Shown here piece after piece: positions 8,809-18,134 of a DNA stretch of 64,000 bases (position 1 is its first letter; every line of letters starts with the position of its first letter). The notes below the pieces were generated by a model. The model did not search any database and had not been told where the DNA came from. It saw only the letters and a list, made by a program, of their open reading frames with translations. The translations under genes and the position numbers were made by a program. The stretch covers positions 3,776,001 through 3,840,000 of the forward strand of contig OY969763.1 of NCBI GenBank assembly GCA_963702845.1, read 5' to 3'. The stretch is from an uncultured Verrucomicrobiae bacterium. Lineage in GTDB: Bacteria > Verrucomicrobiota > Verrucomicrobiia > Limisphaerales > Palsa-1400.

Positions 8809-10892
8809 ATGAAAATTGACTGGTTGCGTAAGCTGATTGTCACTTCCCTACTCATCGCACCTTTGTTCACCCGCGCTGACGGCACGGCTGTTTCAATCGT
8901 GAATCCCACGAACAACGCCTCGTTCACCAAACCGGTGAATGTGCTGTTGCAGGCATCGGTTACCACAAGTTCTGTTAGCAATAATATTTTGCGCGTGAAC
9001 TTTTACGCGGGGCCGTCCGTCAGCATAACGACGTTGATTGGTTCGCAAATGGCACCCGACGGGGCTGGCCTTTACGATGTGACATGGACCAATCCTCCGG
9101 CGGGGACCTATTCTATAAGCGCCGTGGCGGTTGATTTCCTGGAACATCGCGCAACTTCCGCGCCGGTGGTGGTCACGATTAAGTCGAACGTCGATTTGAT
9201 ACCAGTCATTACGGTAGTTGCGACTGACCCGGCCGCGTCGAAATCTGGAACCAACACCGGAACGTTCACGGTTTATCGCACAGGATCGACCAGTAACCCC
9301 CTGACGGCGTTTTATGGGATGAGCGGAACGGCGTCGAACGGCGTGGACTATACGACGCTAACCGGAACGGTGACGTTCAACGCTGGGGATGCGTCGGAAA
9401 ATATTTTGCTGCAGCCGCTGAATAATCCGTCCACGACCGTGGCATTGGCCGCGACCTTGGAATTGCATCAGCCACCGTTCGGCGCACCGACCACTTACAT
9501 TATTGGGGAGCCACACACGGCAACTGTTTACATAACGAATGATATCAATCCACCACCAACGAACATTCCTCCTTCGGTGCATATTTATACGCCGACGAAC
9601 AATTCCTCGTTTTTTGAGCCGGCGAATATCTTCATTGGCGCAGAAGCGGCCGATAAAGATGGTTATGTGAAGACCGTGGAGTTTTTTGAGAACGGCATTA
9701 GTCTCGGGGTGAAAACGAATAACCCGGCTTCGGCGAATTCGATCAATCCGTTTTATCTTTATTGGACGAACGTGCCAGCCGGTGCTTATGGTCTGACAGC
9801 TTTGGCAACGGACGATAAAGGAGCGACAACACTTTCCGCTCCTGTGCACGTGACGGTGACTCCCCCGCCTCCGCCGCCAACAAATTATCCGCCGGTGGTG
9901 CGGATTTCGAGTCCGGCAAATGGAGCGACTTATCACATGCCGGTAAATATTCCGGTTTACGTGTATGCATTTGATCGGGATGGGTCGATTGCGAGCGTGG
10001 AGATATTCGCAGGCACGAACGATTTGGGTGCGGCGCACCCGCCTTGTTACCTGACGCCGTCGCCGGGTGTCGAATGCCCAAGCAATTATTACACTTTGGT
10101 GTGGAGCAATGCGCTGCTTGGGACTTATCCGATAACTGCGGTGGGGACGGACAATGTGGGCGCAACCACGACTTCGGAACCGGTGAAGGTGACAATTCTG
10201 CCGCCACCACCACCGCCTTCGAATCATCCGCCGGTCGTCAATATCGTGGCCACTGACCCGATCGCAATTGAAGGCACGAATTGTTGGACCTGGGTCGCTC
10301 CGACGAATTCCACGACGACATGGTCGAACTGGATGTCGGGAGCTGCGTTGCCTTGCCGGGTCTACACGAATTGTGGGCCAAAGTCGGCGACGTTTGTGCT
10401 ACATCGCGACGGCAGCACCAACGGTAGCCTGACGGTGAATTATGAAATCGGCGGGACTGGCAGCAATGGCGTGGATTATGTCACGTTGCCGGGTAGCGTG
10501 ACTATCGACGCTGGTGAACGCAGCTCGATGATTACCGTTGTGCCGCTGGACGATGGTCCGCCGGACATTAATAGCACGGTGATTCTGAAAATTAAGTTGT
10601 CCACGAATTACACGATTGGAACACCCGCAACGGGCGGCAGCGTATATTTTGGATCGGCCTCAACTCGAGCGCGACGAGCGAGGTTACGCTCGACCGTTGC
10701 TTCCATTTGAAAGCCGACGGTCCGGACGGCGCATGGTTCCATATAGATTACGCAACGGATCTGGCAAATTGGATTCCGCTATGCACAAACCAAGTGGTGA
10801 ATGGGTCAATCGACTTTATTGATCCAGATGCGCAAGGTAATCAATTGCGATATTATCGCGCGGTGCCGCAGGATGCTCCGCCGACGCAATAA
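8809..10892 (+). CDS. Secreted Ig-like/Calx-beta repeat protein; 3' end split by apparent frameshifts at about 10620-10700
   Basis: Signal peptide, repeated PPxVxIxSP...ATS.PV.VT Ig-like modules and GTASNGVDY Calx-beta motifs. The tail continues in ORFs 10616..10822 and 10707..10892 (TDLANW...RYYRAV). Confidence 0.8.
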
Positions 10893-10910
10893 GTAATCCG
10901 GTTTCGAAAC

Positions 10911-10949
10911 AAAAAGGCCCAGAAAACGGATAGTTCTCCGGGCCTTTAT
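10911..10949. terminator. Probable bidirectional intrinsic terminator
   Basis: AAAAAGGCCCAGA...TCCGGGCCTTTAT stem with A/T tails between convergent genes. Confidence 0.65.
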
Positions 10950-10964
10950 ATTTAAAATTGAAAA

Positions 10965-11936
10965 TTAATCCGGATAACCGGTCGGATGTTTCCGATGCCA
11001 TTCCCAGGCGGTCCCGATAATTTGGTCGATTTTCGGATACTTCGGTTTCCAACCCAATTCGCCCATTGCTTTTCCGGCTGAGGCGATCAGGCGCGGTGGG
11101 TCACCGGGACGGCGCGGTTTTTCGATCGTTTTAATTTTTTTGCCGGTCACCTTCTCGCATGTTTCGATGACCTGACGGACAGAATAACCGTCGCCGTTTC
11201 CGAGGTTGTAAAATCCTTGTTTGCCCGCTTCGAGCGCCTGGATGTGGGCCTGCGCGAGGTCAATGATGTGAATGTAATCGCGAATGCAGGTGCCGTCGGG
11301 CGTCGGATAATCTGTGCCGTAAATGTCGCAATGTGTCGCCTGGCCAAGCGCGACTTTGAGCACGTTCGGAATCAGGTGCGTTTCGATGCGATGATGTTCG
11401 CCAAATTGTTCGCTGGCGCCAGCGGCGTTGAAGTAACGGAATGCGACGAATTCCAAACCGAAAATTTCATGATACCATTTGAGGATTTTTTCGAACATCA
11501 ACTTCGATTCGCCGTAAGGATTAATCGGACGTTGCGGCAAATCTTCGGTCATCGGAATTTTATCCGGGGGGCCATAGGTCGCGCAGGTTGAGCTGAAGAC
11601 GAATTTTTTGACGTCGGCGGCGCGGGCGGCTTCGAGGAGTTTCAAACCGTTGCAGACGTTGTTGCGAAAATACTTTGCCGGATCCGTCATCGACTCGCCG
11701 ACAAGTGCGTTCGCCGCAAAATGAATGATGGCTTGAGGCTTCGCATCGCGGACGGCTTCGTTGATGTTGTCTTTGTCGCCAAGGCGCGCGTGAATAAAGA
11801 CCGCACGCGTGTCAACAGCAGAGCGGTGCCCCTCGGTTAAGTTGTCGTAAACGGTGACGTCATGGCCTGCGTTGAGCAATTCTTCGACGCAAACCGAACC
11901 GATATACCCTGCTCCGCCGGTGACAAATACATTCAT
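10965..11936 (-). CDS. galE: UDP-glucose 4-epimerase
   Basis: VTGGAGYIGS, HFAA..LVGES, FSSTCATYG, YGESK, RYFNAAGA and DGTCIRDYIH motifs. Confidence 0.96.
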   Translation of the reverse strand: MNVFVTGGAGYIGSVCVEELLNAGHDVTVYDNLTEGHRSAVDTRAVFIHARLGDKDNINEAVRDAKPQAIIHFAANALVGESMTDPAKYFRNNVCNGLKLLEAARAADVKKFVFSSTCATYGPPDKIPMTEDLPQRPINPYGESKLMFEKILKWYHEIFGLEFVAFRYFNAAGASEQFGEHHRIETHLIPNVLKVALGQATHCDIYGTDYPTPDGTCIRDYIHIIDLAQAHIQALEAGKQGFYNLGNGDGYSVRQVIETCEKVTGKKIKTIEKPRRPGDPPRLIASAGKAMGELGWKPKYPKIDQIIGTAWEWHRKHPTGYPD

Positions 11937-12056
11937 GTCGTCGTAACGGTAACTCTGGTTTTCCAAGCTCACAACGTGAAAAGTTTCTCAGGGGAAAACT
12001 GAGTTATGTGGAAATAACTTTTGCGCTGCGGAGATGATTCGTTACATTCCAGCGAC

Positions 12057-13893
12057 GTGGCAGAGGAGTCACATAACACAAAACCGAAGTCGTTTCTGCC
12101 GAAGACCGGATCGGTAGGTTATTATATTCTTCTCGCGGCTGTTGCCATTTTCATCCTTGGACCACTGGGCGGCATTTCGGCCGCTTATATGAATTTTTCG
12201 CTGGGGTTCTTTGTCGGCGGACAAGTTCTGGCTGGAATTTTGGGGAGCGTCGTGACTTATGGATACGGGAGCGAAGGCAAACATGGCGCGAACTATATCC
12301 AGACGATGGCGGCGTCGGTTGCAGGCATGTCAGGGATGGCGGTATTGGTTCAAGCGATGGTTTGGCTTGGCCTGCCACAGCCGCCGATGTGGAAGTTGAT
12401 TTTGTATTTCACTTGCATCGGCATGTTCGGCGTTGGCGTTGGAATGTTTTATACGCCCATTCTGGTGGATCGGATGCAGTTGATGTTTCCGTCGGGGCTC
12501 GCGGTGGCCAACATCTTGCGCGCGCTCACTGACAAGGCCTTGTTGCGCCGATCGGTTTTAAAACTCGGCAGCGGCACAGGCGGAGGTTTGTTGGGTGGAT
12601 TGCTCCCTTTTCTAGCCGGCAAAATGCAACAAGCGCCCTTTCCGCAAGTCGCCGGTTGGCTCGATAACAATGGTTTCTCGGCGTCGAACGTCGGCGCAGG
12701 AATGATTGTTGGGGCGCGTATCACGATTCCTGCGGTTGTGGTGGCGCTAATTGGATATTGGGCTACGCCATGGTTGCGCTCGATTGGCTGGCTCGGGCCC
12801 GACGATCCGTTCCGGAGAATCGGATTTATTCTGGCGCTGGGAACGATTCTTGGCGCGGCAATTGTCGATCTGCTGCTGATTGCGTTTAAGGCCGTGCAAC
12901 GTTTCCGCGAAAAGCATGCCGCTCCGCCGACAGAGGATTGGAAAAAGGTTAATCAATGGATGCTGCTGAGCTGGGTTGTGTTTTGGGCGGCGGCAACGAC
13001 GTTCGTCGCGTCGCAACTTCTCGGACAGCCGATCGGGTATGTATTATTCGCGATTGCGCTCGTGTTCCTGTTCCTGATGATTAACGGGATTTCCCAGGGC
13101 ATCTCCGACAGCAATCCGATTTCCAGCGCATTCGTCGTATCGGTGATTTTGATGGGATTGCTCGGACTGAAAGATCGCGGGCACGGGACTGATGTGTGCT
13201 TCAATCCTGTTCATTTCATGCAGTGCCGGTGTGGACATGCAGCAGGATCGTTCGACAGGCTGGCGACTCGGGACTAATCGCGTCATTCAATTTAGGTTCC
13301 AGGTTGTCGGGATTGTGATGGGAGCGATTATGTCGGTAGTGCTGGCGCGGGTGTTCATGCAGTCGTATCCGGTGCTGACGGTCAATAGTTTTGCGCATCC
13401 GAATCCAGCCAGGCGGCGAGAAATGGCAATCGGCGATGACTTACAAATTTGTCGGCGCGCTGCAAGGGTTGCAGCATCCAAAAGCGTTCGTCATGTATGC
13501 GCTGTTGATCGGGATTGGTGCGGGAATCCTGATCGAATTCCTCCGCAAAGTGATTCGCAGTAATGAGGGCTATCGACAGTTCGCTCAAGGATCGCCCGCG
13601 GGCAAAGTCACCGACTTTATTCTCGATGCCATCGTTTTGCCGAGCCCGTATGCGTCGTCGTTCGGCGGGTTTGTCGAACTCGGAGCTTCGTTATGGTTCG
13701 GGCTGGGCGGCGTCGTTACCGATTCGCTCGAAGGATTTTTCAGATGGAGCGACCGACACAAGCCCCGGCCAGCCGAAGGTGAAGTTCCATCGGACATGAG
13801 CACGACTTCGCTTGTCGGCGGCGGATTGATTGCGGGCGACTCGTTGGCGGCTCTCGCCATCGGTATCTATGGCTTGTTCGAACGCTGCTCTGA
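12057..13893 (+). pseudogene. OPT-family oligopeptide transporter, frameshifted (possibly an assembly artefact)
   Basis: Multi-TM protein with NYIQTMAA, LMFPSGLAVA, VDMQQDRSTGWRLGT and GGGLIAGDSL motifs spread over ORFs 12021..13277, 13192..13563 and 13391..14059. The likely true stop is TGA at 13891-13893, abutting the convergent gene. Confidence 0.75.
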
Positions 13894-16095
13894 TTACGGA
13901 GTCTGCTTGGGCGCTTTTATTACATCGCCTTTTGTTGCCTCACCGGCTTGCGACGTTTTGCCGACTCCGATCTTCTTCAGGAACGGCTGGATCGACTCTT
14001 TGCGTCCGAGGAATTTCTCGATGGAAATGTTCACGTCGCGCGAGTCGCCCTGCGCGTAGATTTCGTCGCGAAGACGCATGCCGACATCTTTGTCGAAATA
14101 GCCGTCGGGTGCTTTTTCGAAAACGCTAGCCATGTCGGAGGCGATGGCGTCGGCCCAGGCGTAACCATAATAACCTGCGGCGTAGCCCATCAGGTGACCG
14201 AAGTAGGCGACGAATGCGGTGTCCGGCGGCTCGGGTAAAAAGACTTCGCCTTCGATGCGGTTGGACATGGGCACGACCTGGTCCTTGTTGTCCTCATGGA
14301 TGCGCGTGTGCAGCGCGAGGTCAACGAGGCCGAACGCGAGTTGGCGACGATAGAACGTGCCTTCGGTCGCCATGCGCGCTTCTTTCAGTTTGTCGAGAAT
14401 CGCGGCCGGAATTTTTTTCGACGGGTCACGGTAATCGGCCGCGAAACTGTCCAAAACTTTTTTGTCCCAAACCCAGTTCTCAAGCATTTGCGACGGGGCT
14501 TCGACGAAGTCGCGAGGGACGCTGGTGCCGGCGAAACGGGAGTAGTTGGCGCGCGTCAGGATGGAATGCATGGCGTGGCCGAATTCGTGGAAGATCGTTT
14601 CGACGTCGCGATGTGACATGAGCGAGGGCTTGTCGCCAGAGGGCGATGGGAAGTTGCAAATCAAGGCGACGGTTGGGCGCTGATATAGCCCATTCTCGAG
14701 TTGTTTACCTTCAATGATTCCAAACTGGGCGAAGTGGTTGTATTTGCCTTCGCGCGGGAACATATCGAGGTAAAACAGGCCGAGGGGCTCGCCGGTTTTG
14801 GCGTCGCGGACTCCGTAGAGTTGTAAATCGCCGATCCATTTATACGGCGGCGTCAGCACATCGAATTTCAGACCAAAGATTCTCTGGTAAATGCTGAACA
14901 TACCGTCGACAACGTGTTGGTATGGGAAATAAACTTTAAGCTGTTCAGCATCGATATTGTATTTCTGTTTCTTGAGTTGATTGCTGTAATAGCGCCAATC
15001 CCAGAGGTTGATCTTCGCGTTTTGGTCACCGGTTTCTTTGACTTTCATCGCGCGGAATTCGGCCATCTCAGCGTCGAACTTGGGCTGCAGACCTGTTTTC
15101 AACTTCTCCAAAAAGTCTTCAGCGGTCTTGGCGTTTTTAACCATTTTCGTTTCGGTTTCGTAATCGGCGTAGGTTTTGTAGCCGAGCTTGTGGGCGATGT
15201 CGTCGCGCAGGACTATAATCTGTTGCAGCAACGGAACGTTTTCTTTGCGGGCCAGGTTGTCACGTGCGGTTTCGAGCCTCAGGCGGGTAGCTTCGACTTT
15301 GCAGTTGTCGAGCACGGTTGTGTAGTGCCACGTGATATTCGCCATGACGGCATAGGTCTCATTGCTCTGATTCACGCCCGGCGAATTCAGGAAATCTTCA
15401 GGGACACCGTCGAGTTCGGCTTTGGTGAAGACGATCTTCTTTTGAGCTTTGGTGACGTTGCTCTCGAAATCGGTGGTCAGGCCCGAGAGCTTCTTGCGCA
15501 ATTTCTCCACTTCATCGCGTTGGGGCTTCGGCAATTCCAAACCGGCACGGCGATAATCGCGCATCGTCTCTTTCAGGAGCTTGTTATCTTCGCCTTTGAG
15601 CGTGGGGTGCGTGTCGGCGTAGGCTTTGACTGCTTTATAGACGTCTTCGCGATAGTCGAGGCCGACCATCCACTCTTCGAGGACTTTGATCTGATCCGTT
15701 GCGGCATCGCGAACGGCGGCGTCGGTGCTGGTTTCTTTAATCAGCGACAGGCGATTGGCGGCAGTGCCGATGTCGTAGCCGAGGTCGTCCAAGGCGCGGA
15801 TGGTGTTCTGGAAATTGGCCTCGCCAGGCTGGAGCTTGCCGATTTTGTCCAGCTCTGCGTTGGCGATGTCCATCGTGTGCTTCACCGTGGTGGCGATGGC
15901 GTTTGAGCTCGTCTCGAATTTCGGGACGCTGATAATGGAGTGGAATTGTTTGGCGGCTTTTTCGTAGTTGGCCAAGGTCGGATGTTCTTCCGACGCGAGA
16001 ATGGATTTTGATTCCTGGGCACCGACCATAGAGGTAAAGCAAAGCAGAGCAGCGAGTCCGCATCCGGACCGGCTCAACAATTGTCGTAGTGTCAT
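13894..16095 (-). CDS. M3A family metallopeptidase (thimet oligopeptidase-like) with signal peptide
   Basis: FYLDMFPREGKYNH, TIFHEFGHAMH (HExxH), DFVEAPSQMLE and GYAAGYYGYAWA motifs. Confidence 0.93.
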   Translation of the reverse strand: MTLRQLLSRSGCGLAALLCFTSMVGAQESKSILASEEHPTLANYEKAAKQFHSIISVPKFETSSNAIATTVKHTMDIANAELDKIGKLQPGEANFQNTIRALDDLGYDIGTAANRLSLIKETSTDAAVRDAATDQIKVLEEWMVGLDYREDVYKAVKAYADTHPTLKGEDNKLLKETMRDYRRAGLELPKPQRDEVEKLRKKLSGLTTDFESNVTKAQKKIVFTKAELDGVPEDFLNSPGVNQSNETYAVMANITWHYTTVLDNCKVEATRLRLETARDNLARKENVPLLQQIIVLRDDIAHKLGYKTYADYETETKMVKNAKTAEDFLEKLKTGLQPKFDAEMAEFRAMKVKETGDQNAKINLWDWRYYSNQLKKQKYNIDAEQLKVYFPYQHVVDGMFSIYQRIFGLKFDVLTPPYKWIGDLQLYGVRDAKTGEPLGLFYLDMFPREGKYNHFAQFGIIEGKQLENGLYQRPTVALICNFPSPSGDKPSLMSHRDVETIFHEFGHAMHSILTRANYSRFAGTSVPRDFVEAPSQMLENWVWDKKVLDSFAADYRDPSKKIPAAILDKLKEARMATEGTFYRRQLAFGLVDLALHTRIHEDNKDQVVPMSNRIEGEVFLPEPPDTAFVAYFGHLMGYAAGYYGYAWADAIASDMASVFEKAPDGYFDKDVGMRLRDEIYAQGDSRDVNISIEKFLGRKESIQPFLKKIGVGKTSQAGEATKGDVIKAPKQTP

Positions 16096-16190
16096 AGGCG
16101 AAAGGATTAAGCTAAATAATAGTTTACGCAAGTGGGACAGGGCCTGAGGGCAGAGCGTTCGAACTAAGGTGAGCTTACCCAAGCAAACAA

Positions 16191-16231
16191 CCTCCCCTCC
16201 CCGGCCCCCTCCTCCAGAGGCGGAGAGGGAG
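16191..16231. repeat. Intergenic REP-like palindrome (same family as the manA element)
   Basis: CCTCCCCTCCCCGGCCCCCTCCTCCAGAGGCGGAGAGGGAG aligns with 3988-4025. Confidence 0.75.
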
Positions 16232-16250
16232 AAAAGCGGAAAAAAACTAC

Positions 16251-16377
16251 TGCGACTAGGCGCGACCCAGTGCGACTAGGCGCGACCCAGTGCGACTAGG
16301 CGCGACCCAGTGCGACTGGGTGCGACCAGGTGCGACAAACCGATGAGTAGTCGCACCCGAGTCGCAGTTGGGTCGCA
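16251..16377. repeat. 10-bp-period tandem array (YGCGAC core x9, including three perfect 20-mers) plus three inverted GTCGCA copies
   Basis: TGCGACTAGGCGCGACCCAG x3 at 16251-16310. Cores continue at 16311, 16321 and 16331. Inverted cores lie at 16350, 16361 and 16372. Confidence 0.95.
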
Positions 16378-16406
16378 GCACCAGTTGAGGGCCGGAAAAA
16401 ACAGTT

Positions 16407-16750
16407 TTGGTTACCGTTACCTTCGGTTGGTTACCGTTGGTTACCGGGGTCGTCAGTTCGCGCGAAGAGGATTGAGCTGTAACGGCTAAACAATCTTTTA
16501 TTTTGCCGTTAGGAAGTGTTAGCGGGCGATAGCAGGTGTTAGATAACGTTAACGGATTCCACGGCAAAAGGCCGATCAGTGGAGCGGGAATTAAAGGATT
16601 CCTTATTTTTGTGTCAGAAGGTGTCCGAAGGTGACATGTAACGTCGAATGAGTTAACCGCTGAATACGCAGATGGCGCGGAAGGGGGCGGGAAAAAAATG
16701 ATTTTTTTTAAAATCGATATTAACCGGTACAACTCGATACTGCCCGGTAC
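16407..16750. repeat. Four further short arrays with 10-bp period and different cores
   Basis: TTGGTTACCG at 16407/16427/16437. GWTAR (GTTAG-like) at 16508/18/28/38/48. GTGWC at 16611/21/31. CGRTAY at 16715/25/35/45. Confidence 0.8.
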
Positions 16751-16917
16751 GTGTGAGCAAAGGACGCAGAATAAAGCATGAAAGATGAAGTTGAGATAGC
16801 GCCGAAACGGTGAGGATTGACGGGCACACCGCTGGCGTCCGCCTTTGCGCGGCTACGGCGCGACAAGCGAGATTTGTTCGCGGTTTTGTTGCGGGTCGCA
16901 TAGCTGTAAATTTCAGA

Positions 16918-17026
16918 TTTCAAAGATCGCGCTTTAGCGATTCAATTCAGGGCTTCGGAAAGACCTTCTATTGATTCCTACCCAAGTAGGGGTGAAGGAG
17001 TTTACTATAACGTTGCTGTATGTCAA
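16918..17026 (-). promoter_or_regulatory. Putative sigma70 promoter, 5' hairpin and boxA-like antitermination motif
   Basis: Minus strand: TTGACA (17026-17021), a 16-nt spacer, then TAAACT (17004-16999). Hairpin at 16964-16998. GATCTTTGAAA at 16928-16918. Confidence 0.6.
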
Positions 17027-17176
17027 CTATTGAAGCAACGCGTATCCGTCAGCTTGGCCATCGGCCCCGAAAGCGGGAAATCGCTGATTAGTTGTCGATA
17101 CTCAGAACCGACCCGTTTTACGATCTCAATATGTGCTGAACTGTGACGTCGCCCCGCCGTCCGCTGAGGTGACCTC

Positions 17177-17748
17177 GTTAGCCTTCAGGTCAATAAATCT
17201 CATAAATTCTGTCCGTCACTCGGTTGTAACTGTCGTAATGGTTGCCAGACACACCACCACGAGCTGGCTGTGGCCGATAGCTCGCTGCATTGGTGGCGCA
17301 AACTACCTCAAGCCCAAAATACGGGGTTGAGTGTCCACCAGTCGAATGCATACCGAAAATCCTAATGCGCACAACCACAACCTGAGGCTCATCCTTGAAT
17401 TCTCGCGATAGGGTCGGTGAGTAGTAACGCACCTCCCGCGGCTGGAGTGCTGCCAGTGATGGTGGCAGCGCGTTCGTCGCGCCACGATACCAGTCAAATG
17501 CGCTGTCTCGATGCTGCTCCACGAGTGCATCACACTCTTTTTGTAAAGCGGCCCAACCATCTGCTGACTGAACTCGCTTGATGACCTTCTGTCGCTGCGT
17601 GCGTCGCTCAAGCCAATCTGGTGGCCACGAGTTGAGCAACGACGGCAAGATGAAATAGAGAACGAACAAACCCACCGGTATCCAGAGAATGGAAGGCGAA
17701 CTCTTTTTAGGTGGTAGTAAATCTGCCATGCGCGTAGTGCAGGCTAAC
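17177..17748 (-). mobile_element. Solo integron-like gene cassette (core and inverse-core sites; attC degenerate or truncated)
   Basis: Core GTTAGCC at 17748-17742. The complementary inverse core GGCTAAC at 17183-17177 lies 6 nt after the stop. No integrase is present in the window. Confidence 0.55.
17190..17729 (-). CDS. Hypothetical membrane-anchored protein, probably an integron-like gene cassette
   Basis: 180-codon ORF with an N-terminal TM helix. It is flanked on the coding strand by GTTAGCC upstream and GGCTAAC downstream. Confidence 0.7.
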   Translation of the reverse strand: MADLLPPKKSSPSILWIPVGLFVLYFILPSLLNSWPPDWLERRTQRQKVIKRVQSADGWAALQKECDALVEQHRDSAFDWYRGATNALPPSLAALQPREVRYYSPTLSREFKDEPQVVVVRIRIFGMHSTGGHSTPYFGLEVVCATNAASYRPQPARGGVSGNHYDSYNRVTDRIYEIY

Positions 17749-17840
17749 AATTAATCTGCGCCAACTGTTCGCATAGTTTTAATCCGCGACCAAGGGTTTT
17801 AAAGGTGGCGCGCAGGTTTGGCGCGAGCAGTAATGGTGGC

Positions 17841-18001
17841 AGCTCCGTTAGGAGCGTCATGCTTATAGAAACCGGATTACAAGATATACCAAGCTCCGTA
17901 GCAGCGGCATGAAGGCGGTGGCGATTCTGCAACGTGCCGCTCCTACGGAGCTTGGTTGTTCTTGGTTGATCTACTATAGACATGGCGCTCCTAACGGAGC
18001 T
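17841..18001. repeat. Nested inverted REP doublets (REPIN-like hairpin, GCTCCGT(T)AGGAGC units)
   Basis: Outer arms 17841-17868/17974-18001 match at 25 of 28 positions. Inner arms 17889-17911/17933-17955 match at 21 of 23. Confidence 0.85.
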
Positions 18002-18134
18002 AGGCAGCGAAACTTCTTCCGCAGTCACCGAGCCCCTTTCCGTGACCACCCAAACGCTTTCCGCGACCATGACAACCCTCTCCGCAGGCACGGGAACTTC
18101 TGCCGTGGTCACTCCCGTCCTTTCCGCTGTCACC
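18000..18134. repeat. Degenerate 21-bp tandem repeat, about 6.5 units
   Basis: Units end in TTCC/CTCC/TGCC at 18020, 18041, 18062, 18083, 18104 and 18125. Confidence 0.75.

Noticed and set aside
14914..15906. 330-aa plus-strand ORF and similar long antisense ORFs
   Set aside because: These are shadow frames of well-supported genes in GC-rich, codon-biased DNA.
16251..16750. CRISPR array
   Set aside because: The units are 10-bp tandem periods with no constant 25-45-nt repeat separated by unique spacers, and there are no cas genes in the window.
16256..16923. ORFs 16256..16732, 16653..16901 and 16720..16923
   Set aside because: They translate non-triplet repeats and REP elements, with weak starts and no protein-like motifs.
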